60,433 nt of DNA, taken from positions 8,902,014 through 8,962,446 of the forward strand of contig NC_057758.1 in NCBI RefSeq assembly GCF_004010195.1, read 5' to 3'. Of the stretch, positions 12,141 to 26,070 are shown piece after piece. Positions within the stretch are counted from its first letter, which is position 1, and the number at the start of each line of letters is the position of its first letter. Under the pieces are notes generated by a model. The model worked only from the letters and a program-made list of their open reading frames with translations, had not been told where the DNA came from and searched no databases. The position numbers were made by a program, and so were the translations under genes. The DNA comes from Chiloscyllium plagiosum (Eukaryota).

Positions 12141-13592
12141 CTTTTCCAGCAACACATTTTTCAGCTTGCGTTTTGATTGACATCTTTAATGCACAGCTAG
12201 GTCCCAGTCACAGGTTTTACCTGCACCCACCCCCCACTTAGAGGAAATGTGTTTTGTCTACTCCAATACTCACCCCTTCACCTTCGCTTGTATTGTAGTA
12301 AACGTTCAGCACCAGGTCGATCACCATCTATCCCAGTCAGTGGGAATAGAGCAGAGAGATGCAGGAAAATGAGGTCATACCCGCAAAGGAAAAAAGTGAC
12401 AAAGAACTACAAATAGTAGAGAACAAAGCGAAAAGCAGAAAGAGATAGTGGGAAGCCAGACAGAAAGAGACGAACATATAGGTAGTCAGAAAAAAGTCCA
12501 TGGAGCGAAAAAGCCCTTCTGGCTTGCACCTGAGAAGGGTCATTTCATATCTTTACTATGTGGTAATCACACTCGATGATGTCCTGTTCCATACTCCATC
12601 ATCTCTCCATCATGCAATGTGTACTACTTTTCTCCGCCCGTGTACATATTTCCTGTAAAACTCTCTCTTCCAAACACCCTCCAATATCGCAAAGTTTGTG
12701 TCAAACCATCCCTCCCAATGAGTAGGGTCACAACCCCTGTCTAAGTGGTCTCCACTGCGCACCTGCAACAATACTCCTGAAAGTCAACCCTTGCCTTACT
12801 CCAATACAGTGCCATTGGAATGAAGAGCCCCATCTATGTCCCCAATGGTGTATAGCCACATCTGTATACAATCTGTGAGAAGACTAGGTTTCCCACATCT
12901 CACGTTTACCATTCAGAAATGTGGAAATAGAAATCCCAAGGAGTAAAACAGCATATAGTTATTATAACTTCAAAAGCTGAACACAGACTAAACATACTGA
13001 AGCAAATAATTCATTCCTGATTCGCTCAAATCTGCAGAACATCTGCAGGGCATGAATCAGACGTGTGATTGAATACAAATCTCAATTGTAGGGGAGTGCC
13101 TCCAAGACGTTTGACATGTCTGCGCATCACACAGGACAATGCAGTCAACTTGACTGGGACCCAATGCACAATTATTCGTTCTCTGCAGCACTGTATCAGT
13201 GCTGTTTAGGTAAGTCGCTTGACTAATGTGAACAGCAGAACTCTCTTCTGTTCATTGAGCAACGTACAGTCATGTTCGATTATGAATTTTTCCTTCCAGG
13301 TGAAAGATACTCACATTATAAGAGTGGAATGAAAAAGATAATGAATAGCTGCAGCAACCTGCTCGCAAGGCAACATGTTATTGAGAAAAATATTACGAGC
13401 ATTCCTAGTAATTACATGCAAAATTCATGTCACTTGTATTCGCATCTCCAAAAGCCATACTGTTTCAGCAAAATATGCTGGAAGATTTGACTAAATTTGG
13501 AAAGAATGCTGGGAAAGCTGAGTAATGATTGCTAAAGGTGCTGAGCAGCAGAACTTTGCGGGCAAGCCGAGATATACTTCTGACCGTTAAAG

Positions 13593-16500
13593 CAGGAAAT
13601 GCTCGATAAACGTCCGAACCTTACTGCAGTAGCAGGCGAGATAAGCTTTTGGCAGTTACCAAGAAAAAAAAACGCGCAGAACTAATATTGGTTCTTACTA
13701 TATCAAAAGACAACACCTTCTTGGTTCATCGGAATGTATAACTACATATCCATTACTAGGGAAATGAAAACACGGTACGGATGATCGCTGTAACATTTAA
13801 CTACTGTGAAACTATTCTGAACCCCGTTGCGGTCGCATGCTCTTACCAAAAGCTTTCAAACAAACTGCGTCTGCTTTACTGGTAAACTCATATTTTGTAT
13901 TGATCTACAACGCATGCATTTGAATAAGCAAGCAATCAGTGATGGAAAATTATTTGGAAAACCTTAGTTCCTTCCATAATCTGATAACTACCAGATACCT
14001 GTATGATATGGCTTTGTAATATTAAAATGACTCTGACAGTTGTATTCTTTCCAAGATGTTTGACAGCTGCAACATACCATTTACCAATAACTTAAATACT
14101 TGCTTTTCGCAGAGAACTAATTCAAATTCTGCACTAACGTTAGTATGTTACATTAGGAAAAATATTAATTGAAACCACTTGTTAAGAAGATTACACCAGA
14201 GTACATCGGGATCGCGATGAGGTTTCCTAATTGACTGGGAAGTGGCAATTGGAGTTTAGTTTTGATAAATGTGAGGTGCTGCGTTTTGAAATGCCAAGTC
14301 GTCCAAGAAAATATTAATTGCTGGGTCATTAGGGTTGCTGCTGAAAAGAACATCTCAGTATGCAGGCTTATAAATCGTTGAAAGTGGACTCGCAAATTGA
14401 CAGGATAGTGAAGAAATTGCTTGACAGGCTGTACATTACTTTTCAGAGCGTCAAGGACAGGAGTTGGAAACTCATGGTCCATCTGTAGAAGACATTGGTT
14501 CGGACAGGTTTCGAACATTGCATGCATTTCTGATCTCGCTCTTACTGTAAGAATGTTGTGAAACCTGAAGAGTTAAGTGAAGATTTACAGGTGATTTGCC
14601 AGGGTTGCAGTGTTTGAACTACATGCAGAGACCAGATAAGCGGGTGCTGCTTTCACTGGAGCTTTGGAAGCTGAGGGGAGATTTATAGAGTTTCAATAAT
14701 CATGAGGAACATTGATAGGGTAAATAGTTAAGGCATTTACCCTGGTCTGGGGGAGTTCAGAACAACAGGACACACATGAACTGTGATAACGTAAATATAT
14801 AAAAGGGGCCTTGAAGGTCTGCTTTGTTTAGGGGAGTGCTTGTATGCAACGAGTTGCATGAGGAAGTGCTGTCGGCTGGTACAATTCAAACATTTAAAAG
14901 ACAGCTGGATGCACGTTTGGATAGAAAGGGATAACATGCATATATCCCAAGTGCTGGCAAATGTGACGGGGTTAGTTTAGGATATTTGGACGGCATGGAC
15001 GATTTGGACGATTTCCATTCTGTACATCTCAATTAGCTGAAGATGTGTTGCTGGAAAAGCGCAGCAGGTCAGGCAGCATCCGAGCAGCTGGAGAATCGAC
15101 ATTTTGGGCATGAACCCTTCTTCAGGGCATCTCAATTACTCTATAATGTCATTAAAATCAATCTTAATACGAAATTACTGTGGCACAGTTGTCAAATTAA
15201 GAACAACCCTTTTGTCACTTCAACCTGAGAGATCTGTCACCAGTCCTACTGAAATATGAATGAAAAAAATCTGCTCGAATTCCACTGATAAGATTGAAAT
15301 TCATTCATTTTACCTTTATCAAAACATTAAATGAAAATTGTTTCGATTTCACAAACATCAGCATTCCATATTTTGTGATCTCTCATTGTCACTCTTTCCT
15401 TGATTTGTTCACTTTGTCAATTATCTGCATATGCACTTAAATGTAAGACCGTTCCCACCGTGACGACCTGGTCAGGTCCACGCGCTCCTACAACCCACCC
15501 TCCCATCCTGGCACCTTCCCCTGTCACCGCAGGAATTGCAAAAACTGCTCCCACACCTACTCCCTCACCTCCACCCAAGGCCACTAAATAGGTCTTCCAC
15601 ATCCATCAAAGTTTTACCTACCCATCCACTAATATCATTTATTGTATCCGTTGCTCCTGATGCGGTCTCCTCGACATTGGGGAGACTGGACGCCCCCCAG
15701 CAGAGCGCTTTAGGTAACATCACTGGGAGACTCGCACCAATAAACCACACCGCCCCGTGACCAAACATTTCAACTCCTCTCCCAATCTGCCGAGGACATG
15801 GAGGTCCTGGGCCTCCTTCACCGCCGCTCCCTCACCACCAGACGCCTGGAGGAAGAATGCCTCTCTTCCGCCTCGGAACACTTCAACTCCAGGGCATCAA
15901 TGTGGACTTCAACAGTTTCCTCATTTCCCCTTCCCCCACCTCAACCCAGTTCCAAACTTCCAGCTCAGCACTGTCACCATGACTTGTCCTACCTGCCTAT
16001 CTCCTTTTCCACCTATCCANNNNNNNNNNNNNNNNNNNNNNNNNNNNNNNNNNNNNNNNNNNNNNNNNNNNNNNNNNNNNNNNNNNNNNNNNNNNNNNNN
16101 NNNNNNNNNNNNNNNNNNNNNNNNNNNNNNNNNNNNNNNNNNNNNNNNNNNNNNNNNNNNNNNNNNNNNNNNNNNNNNNNNNNNNNNNNNNNNNNNNNNN
16201 NNNNNNNNNNNNNNNNNNNNNNNNNNNNNNNNNNNNNNNNNNNNNNNNNNNNNNNNNNNNNNNNNNNNNNNNNNNNNNNNNNNNNNNNNNNNNNNNNNNN
16301 NNNNNNNNNNNNNNNNNNNNNNNNNNNNNNNNNNNNNNNNNNNNNNNNNNNNNNNNNNNNNNNNNNNNNNNNNNNNNNNNNNNNNNNNNNNNNNNNNNNN
16401 NNNNNNNNNNNNNNNNNNNNNNNNNNNNNNNNNNNNNNNNNNNNNNNNNNNNNNNNNNNNNNNNNNNNNNNNNNNNNNNNNNNNNNNNNNNNNNNNNNNN

Positions 16501-19500
16501 NNNNNNNNNNNNNNNNNNNNNNNNNNNNNNNNNNNNNNNNNNNNNNNNNNNNNNNNNNNNNNNNNNNNNNNNNNNNNNNNNNNNNNNNNNNNNNNNNNNN
16601 NNNNNNNNNNNNNNNNNNNNNNNNNNNNNNNNNNNNNNNNNNNNNNNNNNNNNNNNNNNNNNNNNNNNNNNNNNNNNNNNNNNNNNNNNNNNNNNNNNNN
16701 NNNNNNNNNNNNNNNNNNNNNNNNNNNNNNNNNNNNNNNNNNNNNNNNNNNNNNNNNNNNNNNNNNNNNNNNNNNNNNNNNNNNNNNNNNNNNNNNNNNN
16801 NNNNNNNNNNNNNNNNNNNNNNNNNNNNNNNNNNNNNNNNNNNNNNNNNNNNNNNNNNNNNNNNNNNNNNNNNNNNNNNNNNNNNNNNNNNNNNNNNNNN
16901 NNNNNNNNNNNNNNNNNNNNNNNNNNNNNNNNNNNNNNNNNNNNNNNNNNNNNNNNNNNNNNNNNNNNNNNNNNNNNNNNNNNNNNNNNNNNNNNNGAAT
17001 TATGCAGGTACATTTGATTTAAAAACAAATTCTCCATTGCTCATTCTGAAGCATGCATGGCATTGTTTCTTACGGAAATGGACTAATTGCTGCATATAAA
17101 ATCGGTTGTATTGAATGTCATTTTAATTCCTCAGCTGGACTTACCTAATTAAATGTAATCAGCTTTGTCAGAAAGATAATGCTTTCTCCAATAGTCTTTC
17201 AGACTCAAATGAACACGATTCAATTTCGCAAATTGTTATTTGGCATCAAACATAGTTTCTGATCACTGAACGTCAACTGCTTTAATCTTATTCGTTGTTT
17301 TTTCCCTTCTGTTTCTGCATGTGGCTTTGTGCATTTGTTACCAGAGAGACAGAAAAAAAATCTCAGGATAAACTGCCCCAACTCCAAAGTTGCCTAAAAC
17401 TCCTCTGACTTTTCAAACACAGAAGGAAAGAAAATCTCATCCGTGATCCAAATATACCATTATCAAATATAATCAAAATTTTCAGAACAGAGAATTTCTT
17501 GAAATCACCAAACACCGCTTCAAAACATTTTGCTGGACTCTGCAATTACAGAATCATAATGAAACATTGCTCTCTCACCATGCTCTCTTCATATTTGAAG
17601 AATTTCTGGAAAAATTATACTTACCTGAATAGCACAAAATAATCTTCGGATGTCATGACGTTTGCAGCACAACAGTAGATAAGGAGCTTTGGAAGATATT
17701 TGCTTCATTTTACCTGCGCATGTTAGAACGGTTGTAGCTCTGTTAACACAAGAAAACAGAACTTAACTAAACAGACAGAATGAGCAACTTCTGTTAATTT
17801 GGCAAAAGATATAGATAAGCACAATTCACTCTCTACTTAATTTGTGAAACTCTCTTTAAGCATTGAATCAATCTATTATAAAACTAAATGTGAGTGCTAC
17901 TTTAGATGATACAATAATCAAGGAGATTCAATCTTGCACAAAGGTCTTTAACTCTGATGGCGGTTGTTGTAGTTGTGGACATGATCGCCGAGATTGGAAT
18001 TTGATTTGCAGACGTTTCATCCCCAGACTAGGTGAAGTCTTCATTGCTTTGCTGTACTGTGTTTTCTAAAAAAATTTTGGTTCCGTTCCTAATGCTTCCA
18101 ATTGCCAGTTCCAGTGGTTCCTTGTAGTGACCGATGGATTGGGTTCAGGTCTATGTTTGGTGATGGAGTCCGTGGAAGAGTGACATGCTTTTAGAAAGTA
18201 TGCCACATCCCTCTGTTTTTCATCTCCTATAACTGTTGAGTTGTCCCAATCGAATTTGTGACCCTTGTCCCCTGTGTGATTGGCTACCTGGGACATCTGG
18301 CTTTTACTGACCACTTGGTGTTCGTGGATGCAGATTGCTAATTGTCTGCCTGATTGTTCTTCATCGTATGATTGCAGTCTTCGTATACCATATTGTAAAT
18401 TACGTTTGTTTTGCACAAGATGGGTATAGATTCTTTTCTCCTGGTGAGTTGTAGGTTGAGCGTGGATGTTAGTGTCTGGGCTGTCATGAATCCCAGTAGT
18501 CGGCAAAATCTAATTATCAGTTCTGAAGTATTTTATGTGAGGTCGAGTATCTACTGATTTAGGTTGTGGCATGTCTTTGTCGTGTTGTCTGTTAGACATC
18601 TGAGATTATAGTTGTGGGATATCCGCTTTTGGTGAATACTCTGTGGAGGTGTTCTTCATCTTCCCTTCGTCGGCTGGGAGTGCTGCAGTGTGATGCAGCC
18701 CTTTTGAACAGTGTCCACATGCAATTTCTATTCTCTGTGTTGATGTTGTTGCTGTTGGAGTCCAGGACCTGGTCGCTGTGCGTGGCTTTGCAATACCCTT
18801 GTGTGGTGAATTCACCGTTTTGTGTTCTTTCAACTACAACATCTCGAAATGGGAGTTGATTGTTGGTCTCTTCCGCAATCGGATTTGTTCCAGTCTTTGA
18901 ATCACTGCTTCTGCTATGAGCCCAGAGGTGGGTGCGCCTGTAGGATATTCCATTGATCTGTTATTACGTATGGGTCGAGAGTGTGATGCTGGAAAGGCAC
19001 AGCAGGGTAGACAGCATCTGACGAGCAGGAAATCGATGATTCAGGCAAAAGGCCACCATTGGGAAAGATTAAGGGTGTTTGTACGAAACGTCAATTTTCC
19101 TTCATTTTGGGTACTGCTGGACCTGCTGTGCTTTTCCAGCCCTACACACTCGACTATAATCTCCAGAATCTGCAGTCCTCCCTTTCGCCTTGTTCATGCA
19201 TGTGGTTGTTGAATGTGGAGTGTGTCGTCAAGCACAGGGCTAGTAATTTAAGTATGCCATCCTTGTTGATAGAGTCCCCATAATTTTGTCCGTTCTGAAA
19301 ATCCTGGAGATTGGCCATTACCTCTCTGGTTTGAGCTTTGTCAATTAAAGTGAACAGTGCCATTATGTCAAATAAGACTATTGCTTCGTCCCTGTCTATC
19401 ATTACGTTCTTGATGTTATATCGGAAGCCCTATCATGATTCTATGGATTGCTTGGATCCGCAGACGACATGTTTTAGGTTTTGTTCAAGTTCTTTCGCCA

Positions 19501-22500
19501 GGTTACACAACGGAGTTCCAGTCAGTGCCAAAATGTATCGAAATGTTATGTCTGGTTCGTGTACTTTTGGTACTCCGTAAAATATTGTCGTGTTGTTGCT
19601 TCTTGGTTTCATCCTCAGAAGTCAGTACTGATTATTTGTCCATTTGTTGCAGGTCCTGTCGAATGTTGTTAATTTTATTGCTTAGCAGAAGCGTGGGGTC
19701 ACAATGGTTCTGTAGGTAGATGGTCCGAGCAGCAAGTAGTTCCTCTGCTTTTTGAATATGTTCGGCCTTTTCCAAAATAACCGTCATTCTGCCCTTGTCT
19801 GCTGGTTCTATGCTTCTGTCCTTGTTAATTTTGTGTATTTTTAGGGCTTCTCTCTATGTGGTGTTGCCGTTGTTCATTCATCTTTTCCTTTTTCGTCAGG
19901 GTATAATAGTTTATCCAACTGTTTGCTGTTTCTTTTTGGTCAGTCTGTTAGTTCTGAATGTATATACTTGTGCACCTAGAAAGTATGTTCTATTTATCTT
20001 CCTGTAGTTGTGGTTGAGCCCCTTGGCTAGTATGGATTTTTCCTGTGTATGTAACCTGTCTGTTCGAGTGGTTCCTTCGCCAAATGTTTGCCGTGTTTTC
20101 TTAGCTGCTGTTGGTTAGCTTCGACATTTTTTCTGGTAGTGCCGTTCTCTTTCTGTGTGAAGCTCGATTTTGACCTCTGGTGATGACGTATTTGCCTGTT
20201 ATGGTCTACTTCCGATTGATTGTTTTTCAAAATCGGAATTATTGACATGCAGTGCATTGTCTGTACCTGCATGGTTTGTTTTGGACGTCGGTTATCATAA
20301 CATGGTTAATCTTGAGACCGTTTTTTCTGAGTGTTGCCCTGGCAGGAAAACGAGGACTGCATTCTCAAAGTGCTAGACCTATGCTTGACGACACATTCAA
20401 AAACCATACACATGAACAGATCTCTGGAGCATTTCTGGGTTCAATTATCAAGGTTTATAACAGAAAGAGTATTGCAATGACAGGAGCAGAAACTCATGCA
20501 CATCCAGCCCAAACTCCCGATCAGATACGTGGACGACGCTTCTATCATAATGAGAACAGAAATCGAGAGCACACGCTGAATTATTGACACCATGCTCATA
20601 GCGTTTAGATTTACGAGAAAGGGGGAAGAAACAATAACGCCCTATTAGATATGATCGCAGCAGCATTACAAAACGTTGATAGCAATGCAAACGTGTACCG
20701 GAAATCCACAATCATCAACTCGATCCTGAATGACAAAAGCAACGAACGGAACACACACAAGAGGCACCGCAATAGGACCCTGGTCAAACGACCTACTACA
20801 CATAGCAGAACTCCTGACGTACAAAGGGAAGATGAAGAACACCTCTACAGACTTTTTGCCAAGAACAGATATCCCGGCAATTTCATCTGCAGATACCCAA
20901 CAAGCAAACAACTCGAAGAGGACATGCCACGAGTTCGCCAACTCGTCTGAGAATTTTTACATATTTAGCCTTTCACAAACTTCTCTGAGCATGCGATTCA
21001 TGACGCCCACAAACCGAGAAGCACATTCAGACAAAGACTCATGCGAACAAAATAATGTATACCCAACATGTGCAAGAGAAATACAATTTACAAGATTCCA
21101 TGGAAAAGCTGCACGCAACAATGTAGAGGACAACATGGAGAGAGCGAGCAGTCCACCGTCATGAACAAAAACTCTGTAATATAAGTCACGTCCAGCAATT
21201 CCGAGTAGCCACGCACACAGATGACAGGAACAAAATTTCGAGTGGGACAAAATAATTATAATATGACAAGCTACACAGGGGATAGCCAGGGAATTCATAG
21301 AAGAATGGGATTCATCCACGGACTACATCAGCAAACACATAGTCCCAAACCCAATAAACCGGCAATGACGATGAACTACTTCAACCAGCAACCGGAAGCA
21401 AAGAAACGGAACCAAATCCATTTCTGAAGACACAGTAAAGTAGCACTTTGTGGAAGGCTCATAAGTACTGAAGGTGTCATTGGACAGGGGAAAAAGACGT
21501 CTGCAAATCAACTTTCCATTTTGCGATCATACCTACACTTATGACAGTGGTAGATAGTGAATCTGAAGTAGATACACATATAGTTATGTCCGAAAAATAT
21601 CACGAAAAGCATTAGAGAAGCAGATTCCAAAAATAAAATTCAGAACACACCAGTCTCAGCCATTAAAAAAGTTGCCCCACTATCATGGCAGATAGAACTG
21701 AGACCTCGGTACAGAGACTGGCAGGCATAGGAGTGCACGTAAAATGAACAGATCTTAAGACACCTCGGGATAACGATAAGGGTGCCCACTGAATATGATA
21801 AAGAAAAAAAAACCTGCTCAGATTTCGTCAGCTGAAGAATTCTAATATTGTGGCTAACGTCATAACTTTGTTGGTACTGATATTGAAACCATAAGGTAAA
21901 CGCAATTTACTTTGTATTTTGACATGGGTAATGAATTTACAAGGTGCGCAAGTGACAGATAAATAACTAACTGATTAACGTTTAATAGATTGCAACTGGC
22001 AAATATCTATGAATAAACTGTTAAAAGTGAGAACTGCAGATGCTGGAAACCAGAGTCTAGAATAGCGTGGAGCTGCAAAAGCACAATATCTCAGGCAGCA
22101 TCCTAGGAACAAGAAGAATTCCTCTTGAATCCAGTCTGCTTTATGAAAACCATCAAGAAGGAAAATGAAAGGGTCTGTTAAACATCATCAAGCCATCAAC
22201 GACTGGGAGTTGCTCATATGCCTGTCCATTCCTTGCTGTACAGTCATCAGCTGAGCTTAATATAGAAATGAATGCAATTAATTTTCAATTTGGTCAGTAT
22301 GTAAATGCTGAAGACTGTCTGACACAGTTATATAAAATACATGTTTTCCTTTGTTTGGTGAAGTGTTGTGTTGATTTTGAGAGGGTTTCTCTCACCAGTT
22401 TAAATGCAATTGTCGAAACTGAAAATGAAACTTTGGATGTTGAGTGGATCATCTGGAAATTTGACTGCAACAAGATTATGATGAACACGGGCAGTATGGA

Positions 22501-24906
22501 TTACAAGCATGTGTTCTGCTTAGTCGAATGTTCAATAACAAGGCAGTACAAATTTCAACTTGATAGACAGAGGATGAGAGGGAATCCGAGGGAAACAAGT
22601 ATTTCCCACTAGGGAGGGGTGATTAGTAAGGGGGAAAATGAAAGTCATTGTCAAGAAGGGTAGATTACATCTTCACGTCATTCATGGGGTTTGGGCACTG
22701 CACGATGGCAAGCATTTATCGCTCGTCCCTGGGTGCAAACTTGAAAAGGTAGTGGAGTGCTAGGCAAGCCGGGATTATTTTCTTTAGAGCACAGGAGACT
22801 GAGGGGGGATCTCAGTGAAGAGTGTGAAACGTGAGAGGCATGGATAGGGTGAACACAGTCAGTTTTTTCCCAGGTTAGAGGAATCGAGGACTAGTGGGCA
22901 TCAGTGTAATGGTACAGGGGACAGAATTAAGGGAACCTGAGATCCAACTCGTTTACGTATGTGGAATGAGCTGCCAGTGGAAATATCTGCGGTGTGCGCA
23001 TTAACACAATTTAGAAGATATTTGGACAAGTGTCCAAATAGGAAACAATTGGAAGTATATGCATCAGGTGCAGGGAAATGGAGTCAGTGTAACTGAACAT
23101 TTTGTTCGGTATGGGCCAATGTGAGCCAAAGAGCCTGACTCCGCGCTGTAGAGATTTATGAGTCAGGATGTTAGTTGTTTGTTACACTATTCCTCGCCTC
23201 CATTTGACACTATCCTTCTGTGGCAAGTCCAACTTATTTTCTGGTCATTGGTAATCCCAAGGATTTTAACGGTGAGTGACTCTGTGATTGTTCCACGTTT
23301 TAATTGCAAGAGGCTGTGGTTAGATATTCTACTGTTGGCGATCACATTTGCGTTGTGTGCATGTTAATTGCCACTTGACAATACAAGTTTGGATATTGTC
23401 CATAAATTTTCATTTGAAAATGGCCTGCCTCATCAACTGAAGAGTCGCAAATGGCAATGAACGTTATGCAATCTTTGAAGATAAAGCTTGCTGTTGACAT
23501 TATGAAGGGGACGGGTTTGATCCCGTGTATAGAATCACTGTCTTATAAGGAAAGTTTTAAAAAGGGTTGATCCGGTACTCATTGAAGCTCCGAAGAACGC
23601 AATGAGGCCTTAATGGTGCATAGAACATTCTTAGAGGAGTTGACAGTGTAAATATGCAAAGGTAATTTTTCCTGTTGCTGAGAATGCAGGACCAGATCAA
23701 CATCCTCTATTAATCCGAATTTAGATTTTAGAGCATCTGATATTTCTGTGTGTTTCTATTACACTCTCCAATGAGAAACGAACGCAGTTCAGAAGTGTTT
23801 ATGAATGCAATGAGTTTTATTCACAACAATGCAGGAAGCAGTGAACAGGCTGCTTGTGGGTCTGCACAGTGGGTCAATCCTATGCACAGCTGCCTCCCAT
23901 TAGCAGAGACCCGGGTTCGATCCTAGTCTCGGGTGATTGGCTTGTGGAGTGTGCCATTTTCTCTCGTGTCTATGTGGATTTCCGCCGGCTGCTTCGATTT
24001 CCTTCTAATATGCAAAGCTGTTCCGTTCAGTTTAATTGGAAATGATAATTTGCCGAAAGTGTGCAGAGACGTGTAGGTCACTTGCATTAGAAGAGGAGGA
24101 GAGGGAGTGAATGGCTCTGTGTTGGTTACTCTTCCGCCGGTTGGCACAGACTTGTTGGCCAAAGGCCTAAGTGAATACCTGTTCAAAGGTGAAGAAGAGA
24201 TACCCGAAAGATAGCATTTTGTGGCACAGAACGAAGTCGATCAGCCTGTGGTGACTGTGTTACGATTCACTTGCCTTGAACCAATCTCCTGCCTCCATCT
24301 CTCATGCCTTCTATCCCAATAACCGTCCAATATTCGTCTTGAATGCCACCTTCACTGATGCACAATACTTCACCACGGAGCCTTACAGTCTGACTATGCT
24401 GAGTTGCACATAGTGGCAGGATTGTGGGGCAGTCACTTCAACTCCCGCTGTCCTCTCTTCTTGTTATGGAGAGAGCAGCATCCTGCAACGTAGCCATCAA
24501 TTACCCATTACACGGACACTGGAATTGAATGAAGTGCAGAGCTGGTCCCAAGACTGTGCGGACTCGATATTAAGGATAGCTTGAGTAGCGTTGGACTGGA
24601 CCAGTCGGTGTTTAGAAGACTGAGACGGCTCCTTATTACAAATGCGATTCTTGGAGCACTTGACAGCATAGGTGTAAATACATTGATTCTCCGTGTGGCT
24701 GAGGCGACAGAAGAGGGCCAAATCTGAGGAGAAGATCTCACCTATTTCAGAGAACGATGCAGAAAAAAATATTTTTGGAATGTAGTGATTCTGTAACTTT
24801 CTTTGCCAGAGATAGCTGTAGACGCTGGTTCACTGACATTTTCTTTAATTATTAAAGCGAGTAATGGTTAGGACGAGAAGGCAGGAAAGTGGAGATGAAC
24901 ATGATC
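13593..24906 (-). repeat. Right arm of the inverted segmental duplication
   Basis: Colinear reverse complement of 1-11640 with scattered substitutions and arm-specific indels (lacks left 751-982 and ~6395-6510; has one copy of the left 1958-2172 tandem). Confidence 0.97.
23728..24634 (-). pseudogene. Candidate TIR-STING-like pseudogene, copy B (core deleted)
   Basis: Mirror of 285-1435 with the same GT-AG intron. The segment equivalent to left 751-982, which holds LEYDKPL and RTM, is missing (junction near 24168). C-terminal IKLIAF..QML* is retained at 23728-23855. Confidence 0.5.
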
Positions 24907-24985
24907 AGGCCAGCCATGAACACATTGAGAGGCAGAGCAGACTCGATGGCTTGCACAGCCTACTTCTGAATTTATCTGTTGTCAT
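24645..24985 (+). mobile_element. CR1-like LINE 3' end (mirror 1-~275 -)
   Basis: 3' UTR ggcaggaaagtggag...agcagactcgatgg...gcctacttctg resembles the other CR1 tails in the window. Confidence 0.7.
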
Positions 24986-25489
24986 CTAATGGACAGAACG
25001 TGAAAAATAGAACACACTGAAATGTCTCACATATTAACTACAAAATCATCAGATCAAGTCGTTAATGAGGCACGTCGTCAGGTTTTAGAGACAAGTGTGC
25101 AGCGCTTTGCTCAAAGAATTTGATTTGTTGGACACAGGAAATATGGGGAAAAATCGGAAACGATTTATATTGCTGAAAATGACAGTGGTTCACAGTGGTC
25201 GCATCATGTTCAGGTCTTCAGATCCCTGATAGTTGTGAGATAGTGATATTTAACTTCAATAAAGATCTAGGAGTAACGACTAGTCGCATTATAACACCGT
25301 AATCATTGTCACTTTTGACAAAATAACTCATCGGTTACACTGATGCACCTGAATGAAGGAAACGTTGACCTGTCAGTCCAGCCTAAGTCGTCAGGAAAGT
25401 GATGGAAAGGGGAATACACTTTGCTAACATCTCGCAATGCACATAACCGATCAAAAGATGGCAAAACAACTTTTTAATTTAGTTATTTT

Positions 25490-26070
25490 TCTTTACTTCA
25501 CACGTACGATCTGGGTGTTGCTTGCTAGAACAGCAGTTATTGCACGTCCCTTGAGAAGATGGCGTCAGCTGCATTCTGGAATTGTTCCAGGCTATTTGGC
25601 TTCGTTATATCCACAATGCCTTCAGGAAGAGCATTCCAGCATTTTGACACATCGACAGTGAAGTTATGATGCTAGCTGCGTAGCTTGGGCAGGCACTTGT
25701 GTAACGTTTGTTGTTTCAATCTCTCTACTGCCCTTGTCATTTTCGATGTTAGAAGTCCTGGGATTATTTCATGTACTGGTATTACGGCCTTTGTAAATTT
25801 CTGTAATGCATTGTGCATACATTACTCGCTGCTGCCTTAGTGCCTGGGCGTTGAGGAAATGGATGATTGTGGATGTGGTGCCAATCAAGGGGGTGCTTTG
25901 TAGTGCATGCTGTCGAGGTTCTCCAGTGTTACTGGTGCTGCACCTATTAACTCAAGTGAATAGTGTTCCATCAACATCTTGATTGTATTTTGCAAATGAT
26001 GGTCATGCTTTGGTAAGGGGAAAGATGGGGAAGTATTCTTTGCAACATACCCAGACCGTGGTTACTGTGG
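25490..26070 (-). mobile_element. Old LINE (CR1/L2-group) 3' end
   Basis: Degenerate resemblance to a common shark LINE tail (cagcagttattgcacgtcccttgagaagatgg...ccaatcaagggggtgctttg). Confidence 0.55.

Noticed and set aside
11443..17099. Long ORFs of 177-433 aa (also 56541-57198)
   Set aside because: Their length comes from translated N runs.
22268..22612. 114-aa ORF
   Set aside because: The mirror copy has an in-frame stop and no homology was recognised.
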